The notes beneath the pieces were generated by a model, which made no database searches, was not told the origin of the DNA, and was given only the letters and a program-made list of their open reading frames with translations. The position numbers and the translations under genes were made by a program. Positions 26,476 through 36,625 of a stretch of DNA of 64,000 nt are shown here, piece after piece. Within the stretch, counting starts at the first letter, position 1. Each line of letters opens with the position of its first letter. The stretch is from Armatimonadia bacterium (GTDB taxonomy: Bacteria > Armatimonadota > Zipacnadia > Zipacnadales > UBA11051), in assembly GCA_039683575.1 (NCBI GenBank), contig JBDKRC010000027.1, positions 27,698 to 91,697 on the forward strand. Reading direction: 5' to 3'.

Positions 26476-28653
26476 ATGCTCAGGCAGACTGCCGCGCCGC
26501 TGGTGATGCCGTATCCGCGGGAAATGAGTGTCGGGCGGGGAAAGGTCGGGCTTGAGGGGGTGATGATACTCGCGGAAGGAGCGGCGGCGAAACGGGCTGG
26601 CAAGGCGCTCGCGGCGGGGCTGAAGGACCTGGGGGTGCCCGTGTGGGATGACGGGTATCCGGTCTCTCTCGTTGTGCTCGAAGAGGCGGACATGCGGGTC
26701 AGCCATGAGATGTATGACCTGCAGGTGAAGCGCGAGGGGACGATCATCGCGGCGCCGGCGTATGAGGGGCTGTACTACGGAGTGCAGACGCTGCTGCAGT
26801 TGGTTGAGCCCTCGGCCCCCGAGAAGGCCACAGGCGACGCCGCACCCACGCGGGGCCTCCTGCCGCTGTGCAGCGTCACAGACTGGCCGCTGAAGCAGAT
26901 TCGGGGTATTCACACCTACCTGCCCTCGCGGGAGAATCTGCCCTTCTTCAAGCGCTTCATCGAGTGGATGGGGCGGCACAAGCTGAACACGATCTTCCTG
27001 GAAGTCGGCGGGGGAATGGAGTACCAGCGGCATCCGGAAGTGAACAAGGCCTGGAAGCGCTTCTGCAAGGAAGCCATGGCCTACCCCGGGGGGCCGGACG
27101 CGCTGCAAGACTCACAGTGGTTCTTCAAGAATTCCACCCACACAGAGTTGGCCGGCGGCAGCTACCTGACACAGAAGGAATGCCGCGAGATCGTCAAATG
27201 GTGCCGCGACAACGGCATCGAGGTCATGCCCGAGGTGCAGTCGCTCAGCCACTCCTACTACCTCACCATGGCCCACCCGGAGATCGCCGAGGTGGCCGAG
27301 GACCCCTGGCCGGACAACTACTGCCCCAGCAATCCCCGCAGCTATGAACTGTACTTTGAGATCCTCGAGGAAATCATCGAGGTCTTCGAGCCGCGCCTGA
27401 TCCACATCGGGCACGACGAGGCGTATATCTTCAAGTTCTGCCCAAAGTGCAAAGACCGCGAGGCAGCGGAGATATATGCCACCGACATCACGAAGGTGCA
27501 TGACTGGCTGGCGGAGCGGGGGATCAAGACTGCAATCTGGGGCGACAAGCTGCTGGAGATCCACCACCCCAACGGTACGACCTATGGCGGCGTGGAACGC
27601 AACATTACGCGCTATGGCAAGCAGTTCCACCTGCCGGCTACCAACCGCTGCGTGGACCTGATCCCCAGGGACGTCCTCATCTTCGACTGGTACTGGAGCC
27701 TGAGCTACGAGTCGGCCAAGATGCTCGCCGACAAGGGCTTCCAGATGATCTACGGCAACTTCCACGGCCCCAGCTTCCAGGATTGGGCCAAGCACCGCCA
27801 GAACCCGGCGCTGCTCGGTGGTGAGACTTCGCTGTGGTGCGAGGTGGACGAGTATTCGATAGGGCGCAACGGGACCTTCCACAACATCCTGTGGGGCGCC
27901 AATGACCTCTGGTCGGACTTTGATCCCGATGCGGACCGGGCGAAGATCGTGAGCGACATAGCGGCGGTCATGCGGCGGGACCGCCAGAGGCTGGGGAAGC
28001 ACAAGTCGGTAGTCCTCTCCCCCACTCCCAAGCAGTTCCGGCCGGTTGACATGACGACCGCCGGCGCGCGGGGGATGTACCCCGGCGACAGCCCCGAAGG
28101 CGGCCTGAGCTGCCTGCCACGCGGCAAGCAGAAGCTCGGCGGCGTGGAATTCCTCATTCCCAAGGACGGCAAGCAGAAGGCGACGGTGCCGGCGGTAGAC
28201 TGGCATGTGCGGTCGTGCCCGCCGATACCGGTGGACGGCAAGGCCGAGGCGCTGGCCTTCCTGCACACCACGACGGTGCCGCGCGTCCATGCGCCGACGT
28301 ACTACAGCCTGAACCTGGGCCCGAACCTGATCGGGGCCTATCTGGTGGAGTATGAGGACGGCAAGACGGTCGAGGTGCCGCTGGAGTATGGCTGGAACAT
28401 AGACAGCTTCAACAGCGGCTACATGATCGGCAAGGGCGGCGACCAGACCGACGTCATCGGCGCGTATGACTATGCCGCCGACCCGGTGCTGGCGGGCGAG
28501 ACGCCCGAGGGGCGCAGGTACACAATCTTCATGTACGAATGGGTGAACCCACGACCGAAGGTACCAATCCGCAACATTCGGCTCACGTGGCAGGCTGGGT
28601 ACAGCGGCGGGGTGATTGCGCTTTTGGCGGTGACGGTTGTTGAGCGGCTGTAA
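26476..28653 (+). CDS. GH20 family glycoside hydrolase (beta-N-acetylhexosaminidase-like)
   Basis: DWP...RG, PEVQSLSH, HIGHDEA catalytic DE pair, WGD; no signal peptide. Confidence 0.85.
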   Translation: MLRQTAAPLVMPYPREMSVGRGKVGLEGVMILAEGAAAKRAGKALAAGLKDLGVPVWDDGYPVSLVVLEEADMRVSHEMYDLQVKREGTIIAAPAYEGLYYGVQTLLQLVEPSAPEKATGDAAPTRGLLPLCSVTDWPLKQIRGIHTYLPSRENLPFFKRFIEWMGRHKLNTIFLEVGGGMEYQRHPEVNKAWKRFCKEAMAYPGGPDALQDSQWFFKNSTHTELAGGSYLTQKECREIVKWCRDNGIEVMPEVQSLSHSYYLTMAHPEIAEVAEDPWPDNYCPSNPRSYELYFEILEEIIEVFEPRLIHIGHDEAYIFKFCPKCKDREAAEIYATDITKVHDWLAERGIKTAIWGDKLLEIHHPNGTTYGGVERNITRYGKQFHLPATNRCVDLIPRDVLIFDWYWSLSYESAKMLADKGFQMIYGNFHGPSFQDWAKHRQNPALLGGETSLWCEVDEYSIGRNGTFHNILWGANDLWSDFDPDADRAKIVSDIAAVMRRDRQRLGKHKSVVLSPTPKQFRPVDMTTAGARGMYPGDSPEGGLSCLPRGKQKLGGVEFLIPKDGKQKATVPAVDWHVRSCPPIPVDGKAEALAFLHTTTVPRVHAPTYYSLNLGPNLIGAYLVEYEDGKTVEVPLEYGWNIDSFNSGYMIGKGGDQTDVIGAYDYAADPVLAGETPEGRRYTIFMYEWVNPRPKVPIRNIRLTWQAGYSGGVIALLAVTVVERL

Positions 28654-28695
28654 AGCCGCCCGGACAGTTTGACTATCGGAAGGCAGGAGCAGACA

Positions 28696-29493
28696 ATGAA
28701 ACTTGGTGCGAATTCGGTTCTGTTTGGCGGCTATGACATGGACACCGCCTTCAAGTACACGGCCATGGCGGGCTATGACGGTATTGAACTGTCGGCCATC
28801 GGCGGCATGAGCGAGCATCTCGTGATTGACCGCTGGCAGGAGCTCGTGCAGCCGATCAAGGACCTGGCCGAGAAGTACGGACTTGAGCTTCTGGCGATGG
28901 AGCAGCCCTCGCAGGACCGCGCGATCATGGAGCAGGCCTTCGCCGCCGCGGCGGAGATCGGCATCCCCATCATCAACTGCGGCCCCGGCGGCAAGAGCGA
29001 TGACGAGGAGACGCTGAAGGCCTCCATCGAGTCGCTCAACTCGCTCGCGGACCTGGCCGGGACCTATGGCGTGACACTGTGCGTGAAGGCCCATGTCGGC
29101 GCCTCCATCTACAACACGCCGACGACACTGAAAGCCATGGAGCAGATCACCAGCCCCCATTTCGGCATCGACATGGACCCCTCGCACATCTGGCGCGCGG
29201 GCGAAAACCCGGTAGAAGCCATCGCCGCGGTAGTCTCCCGCGTCAAACACGTCCACATCCGCGACTGCAAGGGCCGCCAGCAAAGCCCCGGCACCCCGGA
29301 AATGCAAGCCAACGGCCGCGGCGACATAGACCTGGTAGGCTACATCCGCGTCCTGCACGAAGCCGGCTACGATGGTCCGCTGAACCTCGAGATCATCGGC
29401 GCGAAGGAATACACGCTGGAGCAATGCTGTGTGATAGCGGCGGAGAGCCGCGGGCACATGCAGGCGTGTCTGCAGGCTTGTGGGGCGAGGTAG
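28696..29493 (+). CDS. Sugar phosphate isomerase/epimerase (xylose isomerase-like TIM barrel)
   Basis: GYDGIEL, DPSH, HVHIRD and GYDGPLNLE motifs. Confidence 0.85.
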   Translation: MKLGANSVLFGGYDMDTAFKYTAMAGYDGIELSAIGGMSEHLVIDRWQELVQPIKDLAEKYGLELLAMEQPSQDRAIMEQAFAAAAEIGIPIINCGPGGKSDDEETLKASIESLNSLADLAGTYGVTLCVKAHVGASIYNTPTTLKAMEQITSPHFGIDMDPSHIWRAGENPVEAIAAVVSRVKHVHIRDCKGRQQSPGTPEMQANGRGDIDLVGYIRVLHEAGYDGPLNLEIIGAKEYTLEQCCVIAAESRGHMQACLQACGAR

Positions 29494-29590
29494 GGCCGAC
29501 CGCCGAAGAGGTGCATTGCTGAGCGGGCGCCGCGACGGCATGAGTGGGAAAGCCACCACGTTTGCCGTTAACTCAAGAAGGGGGAATACC

Positions 29591-31945
29591 ATGCCAGACG
29601 ACGCTGAGCCGCACGTTGAGGCGAGGAGCGGCCCAGACGGGCCGGGGGACCAGCCAGCCATAGACTATGACTGGCTGGGCTTCAGCCGTAACGTCAAGGG
29701 CTTGTGCCAACTGCTCACCGAAGTCGAGACGCCCTTTGTTCTGGGCATCTACGGCGATTGGGGTACCGGCAAGACTAGCCTGATGCGGCACCTTCAGAAG
29801 GCGCTACGGGATGCAGGACATCTCACCGTCTGGTTCAACCCATGGAAATATGACAACCGGGAGGAAGTCTGGAAGGCCTTCGTTCGGGCCGTATACACAG
29901 ATGTCAGGCACCAACAGACATTCCTGAAGTTCGGCTTGCAGCACGTAAAAGATACCATAGAAGATGGTGCGCGCCAGATCGCCAACATGGTTGGAAGAAT
30001 GGCGGGCGTAGGCGATACTGGCAATGAAGTGCACGACCTGCTCAATCTTGACAAACAGTTTCTCAATGCCTTCGAGGACGAGTTTGAAAGACTTCTGCGA
30101 GAGGCGCTCTGCCTGGCAAGTCAGCACAACAAGGACCACGGAAAGGAAGCCGTCGCTCCGCGCCTGACCGTCTTCGTAGATGACCTTGATAGGTGCAGTC
30201 CTGAGGCCGTCCTTGAAGTGATCGAGGCGCTCAAGCTCTATCTCGAGGTGCCGAATTGCCTCTTCGTTCTGGGGATAAATCAGGAAGTGGTTAGCCAGGC
30301 CGTACACCAGAAATATGGATTGCCAACGATGCGAGGCGCTGATGGCGACGCGGAGACTGCCGAGGCAGTCGCCTATCCGCTGGGTCTACGGTATCTGGAG
30401 AAGATCGTTCAGCTTCCCTTCCATCTTCCGCCTACTGACGACGCCGACCTCAAGACATTCTTGTCCGAGGTGAACAGGCTGACACCACCACCGGAAGGGG
30501 TTCGCGAGGCGCAGTGGGTGGAGTACCTCACACTGGTGGCCAATGCCACCAACCGCAACCCACGCCAGATCAAGCGCTTCGCTCTGACGTTGCGGCTTTT
30601 GAGCGGTATCGCGCCAAGCACAATCCGCGTAACCGGCTCCGCCCTGGAGACACCGTTTGACAGACTGAAGCTGGCGAAAATCGTTTTGGTACAGTTCGTG
30701 GACTACCAACTGTACAAGCTAATCCGCAATGTGCCCGAGGCGCTGCTCGATAGGCAGACAAGGGCACAAGAGCGGTTGGGAGCGACTGCTGCAGAGAGTC
30801 CGACCGCTCCGAGGGAGACCCGTCACGTCAGTCCCAAACTGGATGAGATTCTGTCGCGACGGCCACTGTTCAGCAATGCGGAGGAGGTATCCTGCTACGT
30901 AAGGCACTCCGCCGGAAGCCCCTCCGAGCGCGGCAGCCATGAAGCGCAACCGGAACTCGAGTTGGCACTGGAGCGGTACTACAAAGTTGACAGCGTACCT
31001 TCTGACTACCTGTTGAACCTTCTAGCGGATCTTGATACCAATGCTCTGAGCGAACATGTGGAGGCACTGGCGAGGACTATGAACGAACCTGACGACCCGC
31101 GTAATTTCAAGGTTGCGCTGCTCCTCGGGTGTATCGGTCGGCGTGCGAAAGCAGGAGTGCCCTCACTCGAGCGAGCCGCCGCTATGCCGTCGTCACTAAC
31201 GACAACCGCTGCCCAGGTAGCCCTGACGTTGCTGACAGACAACGACACCGCGGTGAGAGACTCCATTGCGAACTGGGCGGTTCACGACCATCCTGCTATT
31301 CGGTGGATGAGCATGTACGCGCTGGCGCGGACGCCTGCCCTCCGACAGTTGGCTGTACCCCTTGCGGCTAATGCGCTGGAAGATAGTGACGACATAGTGC
31401 GGTATCAGGCGGTAGATACACTCCGGATGATTGGCACCAAAGAGGCAGGTGTCGTCCCCGCGCTCGTGCGAGCCGTGGATGTCCCCAGCACCAGCGCTAG
31501 TTACTGGGCCCAACTTGACCTCGACTACACTCATCGGGTACTGAAGGACGACGTTCCCGAACTTGCAGCACTTCTGTCCCACGAATCAGCGCTGGTGGTT
31601 GAGTACGCTGCCAAGGCATTGGGACGGGTCGGAAGAGGAGCGGCAAGCGCCTCGCCCGGGCTGAAAGCGGTTGCCCTAACTAACGAGAGGCCTAAGACGC
31701 GGACGGCGGCAGTCAGGGCCATGGGGCTGATTGCGGAACCCGTCCCCGAGAATGTGGAGGCGCTTCTGCAGGCGGCCCACGACAGATCTGTGTCTGTCCA
31801 GGCGGCGGTTGCAGTAGCCCTGGGCCGGATTGGTGCGAAATCTGGCGCTGTGACCGACGCACTACGCCATCTCGCTGCTGCTACGCACGCGCCCCTTGTC
31901 TCTAGGTCAGCGCAGAAAGCACTTGATCGCCTGACGCAGCTATAG
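29591..31945 (+). CDS. KAP-family P-loop NTPase with C-terminal HEAT-like repeats
   Basis: Walker A GDWGTGKTS, WFNPWKY, Walker B VFVDDLDRC, YLEKIVQLPFHLP and NPRQIKR; repeated V...AA.ALG.IG units. Confidence 0.88.
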   Translation: MPDDAEPHVEARSGPDGPGDQPAIDYDWLGFSRNVKGLCQLLTEVETPFVLGIYGDWGTGKTSLMRHLQKALRDAGHLTVWFNPWKYDNREEVWKAFVRAVYTDVRHQQTFLKFGLQHVKDTIEDGARQIANMVGRMAGVGDTGNEVHDLLNLDKQFLNAFEDEFERLLREALCLASQHNKDHGKEAVAPRLTVFVDDLDRCSPEAVLEVIEALKLYLEVPNCLFVLGINQEVVSQAVHQKYGLPTMRGADGDAETAEAVAYPLGLRYLEKIVQLPFHLPPTDDADLKTFLSEVNRLTPPPEGVREAQWVEYLTLVANATNRNPRQIKRFALTLRLLSGIAPSTIRVTGSALETPFDRLKLAKIVLVQFVDYQLYKLIRNVPEALLDRQTRAQERLGATAAESPTAPRETRHVSPKLDEILSRRPLFSNAEEVSCYVRHSAGSPSERGSHEAQPELELALERYYKVDSVPSDYLLNLLADLDTNALSEHVEALARTMNEPDDPRNFKVALLLGCIGRRAKAGVPSLERAAAMPSSLTTTAAQVALTLLTDNDTAVRDSIANWAVHDHPAIRWMSMYALARTPALRQLAVPLAANALEDSDDIVRYQAVDTLRMIGTKEAGVVPALVRAVDVPSTSASYWAQLDLDYTHRVLKDDVPELAALLSHESALVVEYAAKALGRVGRGAASASPGLKAVALTNERPKTRTAAVRAMGLIAEPVPENVEALLQAAHDRSVSVQAAVAVALGRIGAKSGAVTDALRHLAAATHAPLVSRSAQKALDRLTQL

Positions 31946-31987
31946 CGCTATATAGGCGGCGCGACGACTACTGCCGTCGCGAAGCTC

Positions 31988-33148
31988 ATGAGCACCATCG
32001 AGGAGCTAACCATGCTATCCAACCTAACCACAATCCATAGCCGTCGCACCGGACGCTTCTCCTCCTGGGACACCTCGGGCCGCAATGCCGATGCCTGGAC
32101 GATTGCGCCCGGGGAGACGCGTGTTCTCGCCGACATCTCCGGCCCTGCCCAGATCACCCACCTGTGGATGACGCAGGCGAACCACTATCGCGAGTGCCTG
32201 CTGAAGATCACATGGGACAATGCCGCCTATCCCAGCGTGGTCGCGCCGCTCGGGGACTTCTTTGGCCTGGGGCATGGGCTGGTTAGCTCGTACCAGTCGG
32301 CGCTCTTCACGGCCTCGACGGCCAGGCCGAATCAGTTCAACCAGGGCTGCGCGCTGAACTGCTATGCGCCGATGCCCTTTCGCGAGCGGTGCGTGGTGGA
32401 GCTTATGAACGAAAGCGACCAGCCGCACCGGCAGTACTTCTATGTGGACTATGAGACGCTGGAGGAGGTGCCGGAGGACGCGGGGTACTTCCACGCGGAG
32501 TTCCGGCGCGCGAACCCCTTCGGCGGCTGGGGGCATGAGATTACCGTCAATACCCCGCTGGCCAACGCGGTCAATGTCGAGCGGCAGGCGTGGGCGAGCA
32601 ACTATGTCATCATGGAGAGTCGCGGGCGGGGGCATTACCTCGGGTGCAACCTGTCGGTGACGAACTTCCAGGGCACCTGGTGGGGCGAGGGGGATGACAT
32701 GATCTGGGTGGACGGGTACAAGTGGCCGCCGGACCTGCACGGGACGGGTAGCGAGGACTATCTCAACCAGGCGTGGGGGATGCAGGACAACGCGTTCATG
32801 CGCAACGGTTCTTCGATCTTCGAGGGCAACACGAAGGGCTATCAGACGAGCTATGTCTTCCATCTGGAAAACCCGGTGCGCTTCCAGAAGGAGATCAAGG
32901 TAACCATCGAGCACGGGCATGCCAACCATCTCGCCAACGAGATGAGCAGCGTGGGCTACTGGTACCTCGACAAGCCGGGGAAGGTAGCCGAACCGCCGCC
33001 GGTGGCGCAGAGATTGCCGGTGCTGCGCGACAACCAGGGCCACTGGCTGCACGACCCAGAGCGGCAGTGCCCCGGCAAGCCGGTGAAGCTCACTGACGAG
33101 ATGCGGCAGAATAAGAAAGAATGGAAGCGTCGCGCCAATCCCGCGTAG
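31988..33148 (+). CDS. Glycoside hydrolase family 172 / DUF2961 protein (second paralog)
   Basis: SSWDTSGRNAD, PLGDFFG, WWGEGDD, HGTGSEDY and IEHGHAN motifs. Confidence 0.92.
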   Translation: MSTIEELTMLSNLTTIHSRRTGRFSSWDTSGRNADAWTIAPGETRVLADISGPAQITHLWMTQANHYRECLLKITWDNAAYPSVVAPLGDFFGLGHGLVSSYQSALFTASTARPNQFNQGCALNCYAPMPFRERCVVELMNESDQPHRQYFYVDYETLEEVPEDAGYFHAEFRRANPFGGWGHEITVNTPLANAVNVERQAWASNYVIMESRGRGHYLGCNLSVTNFQGTWWGEGDDMIWVDGYKWPPDLHGTGSEDYLNQAWGMQDNAFMRNGSSIFEGNTKGYQTSYVFHLENPVRFQKEIKVTIEHGHANHLANEMSSVGYWYLDKPGKVAEPPPVAQRLPVLRDNQGHWLHDPERQCPGKPVKLTDEMRQNKKEWKRRANPA

Positions 33149-33190
33149 TGCGGACGTCTCGCCCGCATCCGGCATAACGGAGGACGTCAT

Positions 33191-33877
33191 ATGATCGCAG
33201 TCATCAGCATGGACCAACAGGGCACCTACGACCAGAACGACGGCGGGACCGGGATGAAGCGCAAGTTTGAGAAGCTGACCGGCGCGCCGGTGGTCACCTT
33301 GCATTACTCGCAGGCCTCGCCGGAGTACATGGCGCGGATCAACCCGCAGGCGGTCTTCATCGGCGGCTTCGGGTATGGCTGGCGTACCATCAAAGTGCCG
33401 GACCTGTACCCGATCAGCGATTTCCTGCACGAGACCGAGATCCCCGTATACGCGGCGTGCGGCGGGCATCAACTGGTCGGCTACTGCTTCAACCACGATC
33501 TGCGCAAGGTCAAGCAGCTTCAGGACCAGCCGATGCGCAAGCTCCGCGCTGATGAGCCGGACTATGGGCCGAGGTCGTATTGCTCGGGGTTCTACATGGC
33601 GACCGGCTACGCGGTAGTGGAGACGCTGAAGCGCGATCCGCTGTTTGCGGGCCTGAAGAAGAAGATCCGCGTGCGCGAGTCGCACTACTGCGAAGTCAAG
33701 AAGCTGCCGAAGGGGTTTGAGCTACTCGCCACGAGCCCTGAGTGCAAGATCGAGGCCATGAAGCACGTGGACAAGCCATTGTACGGCTGCCAGTTCCACG
33801 CGGAGACGTGGCTGGAACCGTACCTGGACGGGCGCAAGGTGATGGAGAACTTCTTCCGGATAGCCGGCTTGATGTAG
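33191..33877 (+). CDS. Class I glutamine amidotransferase-like protein
   Basis: ACGGHQ nucleophile elbow; QFHAE. Confidence 0.85.
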   Translation: MIAVISMDQQGTYDQNDGGTGMKRKFEKLTGAPVVTLHYSQASPEYMARINPQAVFIGGFGYGWRTIKVPDLYPISDFLHETEIPVYAACGGHQLVGYCFNHDLRKVKQLQDQPMRKLRADEPDYGPRSYCSGFYMATGYAVVETLKRDPLFAGLKKKIRVRESHYCEVKKLPKGFELLATSPECKIEAMKHVDKPLYGCQFHAETWLEPYLDGRKVMENFFRIAGLM

Positions 33878-33887
33878 GGATACTAAC

Positions 33888-33980
33888 GAAAACAGAAGGA
33901 CAGAAGACGGAAAACAGTTCGGACAAGACCGGTCTCCGGCTGTTTTCTGTTTTCCGTTTCCCGTTTTCGCCTCTTCTGAT
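33888..33980. repeat. Inverted blocks of heptamer tandem repeats
   Basis: acagaag/acagaag/acggaaa facing ctgtttt/ctgtttt/ccgtttc/ccgtttt. Confidence 0.65.
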
Positions 33981-33991
33981 CGGAGATCGTT

Positions 33992-35212
33992 GTGTCTGAC
34001 AACCCCGAACGCGAACAATCCTCACTGACCCAGATCGTGCTACTCTGCGCTTCATTCTTCTTCCTGTTCTTTGGCGTGGGGGCCGTGCAGCAGTTCCTGG
34101 TGCCCATTCTCGTGACGCGTACCCACGTGTCCAATACCGCGGCGGCGGCAACCTTCTCACTGGTGTATTTCGGCGGCCCGGTGTGGTTGTGGCTATATAG
34201 CTACTACTTCCGCGTGCTGCGGGAGAGGTGGAGCATCATCCTCGCGGGGCTGACGTACACCCTGTTTGGGGTGCTCGTATACCTGGCGCATGACTGGAAG
34301 CTCGCGGTGCTCGCGGCGCTGATATGGGGCTGGGGAGGAGAGACGTTGTGGGCGACGGGGCCGGCGCAGGTTATCAACGTCAGCGATCCCAAACGGCGCG
34401 GAAGCGTGTCGGGGCTGTTCCAGAGCTCGACGTACTCCGGGCAGATGCTCGGTGTCATCCTGCTCGGATACCTCCTGAGCCGCTCCGCGACGCCCGAGGC
34501 CGGCCACGACGCAGTACTGCTGACTGCCATCGGGATTAGCGCCATTGGCAATGTCCTGTCGCTGTTCCTGCGGGTCAAGCCCAAGGAACTGCCGCCCGCG
34601 AAGCTGTCGGACGCCATACTGGCGATGAAGCGGACAGCAGGACGGTACCTGGTGCTGCTGTCAGTGGCCAACTACCTCGGATGGGGACTGGTACTGACGA
34701 GCTTCACGATTCTGGTGGCACGGGACATGGGCGAGGGCGCGAAGCTGCACTGGATCATCCTGCCCTACTACGTGGGACGCCTGATCGTGGCATGGATCGC
34801 TGGCCATACCTCCGACAAGGTCGGGAGAGAGAAGGTCATGATCGCCGGGTTTGCGCTGGGCGCAGTCAGCCTGTGCATGGTAGCGATTGCGCAATCGGTG
34901 CCTGTGGTCGCGGGGGCGTCGCTGGTGTTGGGGATGCAGTCCGCGATGGTCAGTGTGGCGATGACGGCTGCGGTGGGCGACTACATCAAGCCCGACGAGC
35001 GTCACCTGGTGTTCGCCGGGACGAATGCGTGGGGTTACCTGACAGCAGGCACGACGATGATCCTGTCGCCGCTGCTGCGGGACCTTGTGGGCAACTTCTC
35101 TCTCTCATTCTTCGTTTTCGCCGGGTTCTACGGCATCTGCGCGGTAATCGCGGCGAAGATGCGGGAGCGGCTGGCGGCGGAGAACCTGGACGGCGACGCG
35201 GCGGCTGTGTAG
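33992..35212 (+). CDS. MFS transporter
   Basis: About 12 hydrophobic segments; GHTSDKVGRE MFS loop motif. Confidence 0.88.
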   Translation: MSDNPEREQSSLTQIVLLCASFFFLFFGVGAVQQFLVPILVTRTHVSNTAAAATFSLVYFGGPVWLWLYSYYFRVLRERWSIILAGLTYTLFGVLVYLAHDWKLAVLAALIWGWGGETLWATGPAQVINVSDPKRRGSVSGLFQSSTYSGQMLGVILLGYLLSRSATPEAGHDAVLLTAIGISAIGNVLSLFLRVKPKELPPAKLSDAILAMKRTAGRYLVLLSVANYLGWGLVLTSFTILVARDMGEGAKLHWIILPYYVGRLIVAWIAGHTSDKVGREKVMIAGFALGAVSLCMVAIAQSVPVVAGASLVLGMQSAMVSVAMTAAVGDYIKPDERHLVFAGTNAWGYLTAGTTMILSPLLRDLVGNFSLSFFVFAGFYGICAVIAAKMRERLAAENLDGDAAAV

Positions 35213-35281
35213 TCATCGGTGCGGAACAACATTGTCGGACATCTGTTGTGAAGTCGTAGCATGATGAAACGGGGAGCAACC

Positions 35282-36526
35282 ATGATACGGCATATGCTCG
35301 TCCTGGTACTGTGCCTCTCTGCACTGGCAGCAGCGGCCCAGCCCGCCGCTGACGCCGCGAAGCCGTGGGAGACGTGGCAGCCGCCCCAGGTGGTGCTGCC
35401 GCAGCCAAATGCCTTCGACACTTACCTCAAGGCCATCGACCTCAAACTGCGCATAGACCAGCAGCAGGGCCTGGGCGGTAATCCCCCACCGCCTCCACCG
35501 GATGGAGCACGAGACCGCTGGGGCGAGGGCCCACAGGGGGTGCCGCTTCCGGAGCGGGTGGCACTGTACGCCGAGGTCCTGACTCTAGTGCGCCAGGCTT
35601 TGCGCCAGGAGTGCCGAATCCCGCTTCCGACCGCCTTTGATGAGATGTTGCCCTATCTGGCGGATTTCAGGGGCCTGGTGCGGCTCCTGGCGATGGAAGC
35701 GGAGGTCAAGCGCATTGAGGGCGACTATGGGGCTGCGGCGGAAAGTGCACTTGATGCGCTGCGGGTTGGTCAAGCCGCCTCCACGCAGCGGATTCTGATC
35801 TCGGGACTGGTAGGCATCGCCTCCGAGGCGATAGCGTTTGCGTCCCTGGATGAGACGATACCCGGGCTCTCGGCTGCGGAGTGCAAGACGGTGCTGGCGC
35901 AGTTGCTTGAGATTGAGCGAACGCGGGTGCCAGTGGCGGAGTGGCTGACAGGCGAGGAGGTCTTGACGCGGGGCTACTTCAAGCAGATAGTCATCGACCC
36001 GAAGAAGCACGAGCAATTCCTGGCGGAGGCTAAGGATCTGGGCCCGGAGGCAGACAAGGTATTGGCGGAGCTTGGCCCCAAGGGCTGGGAGTATATTGGC
36101 GAGACGTACGAAGCCCTGCAGCAGTATGCGGCCTTGCCGGGCGCGAAGCGGCCAGCCGAGCCCGCCGTGCCCGACAGCACCTTCATGAAGATGATCGTGC
36201 CTGCCATGACCAGGGTTGTCTTCAAGGCGGATCAATCGTTGACGGCTTTCCGGCTGCATGAGGCGGAGTTGGCGGTGCGGGCGTACCTGCTGGAGACTGG
36301 ACGTCTTCCTGAGAGCCTGACCGCGCTGGTGCCCGGCTATCTCCCTGCAGTCCCGGCTGATCCGTTCGGCGAGGGGCCTCTGCGGGCCAAGGCGGCGACC
36401 AACTCACTGCTCATCTATAGCGTCGGGCCTGATGGCGTGGATGATGGTGGCAAGCCGCACAAGGAGCAGTTCACGAGTCGCGAAAGCAAGGGTGACATCG
36501 TTGTCACTGTCGCAATACCACGATAG
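35282..36526 (+). CDS. Secreted hypothetical protein with GspG-C-like terminal motif
   Basis: Signal peptide; LVPGYLPAVPADPF...IYSVGPDGVDDGG. Confidence 0.7.
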   Translation: MIRHMLVLVLCLSALAAAAQPAADAAKPWETWQPPQVVLPQPNAFDTYLKAIDLKLRIDQQQGLGGNPPPPPPDGARDRWGEGPQGVPLPERVALYAEVLTLVRQALRQECRIPLPTAFDEMLPYLADFRGLVRLLAMEAEVKRIEGDYGAAAESALDALRVGQAASTQRILISGLVGIASEAIAFASLDETIPGLSAAECKTVLAQLLEIERTRVPVAEWLTGEEVLTRGYFKQIVIDPKKHEQFLAEAKDLGPEADKVLAELGPKGWEYIGETYEALQQYAALPGAKRPAEPAVPDSTFMKMIVPAMTRVVFKADQSLTAFRLHEAELAVRAYLLETGRLPESLTALVPGYLPAVPADPFGEGPLRAKAATNSLLIYSVGPDGVDDGGKPHKEQFTSRESKGDIVVTVAIPR

Positions 36527-36528
36527 TC

Positions 36529-36607
36529 TCGCGTGGCAGGCATGCTCCGCATGCCGGAAGCCCATAGCGAGACGAGTTCCGGCATGCGGAGCATGCCTAC
36601 CACGCGA
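36529..36607. repeat. REP-doublet-like long inverted repeat
   Basis: 31-bp arms tcgcgtggcaggcatgctccgcatgccggaa / ttccggcatgcggagcatgcctaccacgcga, one mismatch. Confidence 0.85.
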
Positions 36608-36625
36608 TCTGGGATGGGAGCCCAC

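Noticed and set aside
27112-29661. 849-aa antisense ORF, and similar ones at 32024-33685, 42184-44049 and 44173-45873
   Set aside because: These are antisense shadows of well-supported genes, expected with high-GC codon bias. They show no recognisable motifs.
36533-36625. N-terminal extension of GH4 (MAGMLRMP...)
   Set aside because: It is a translation of the inverted repeat. Homology starts at MEHGKIVLIG.
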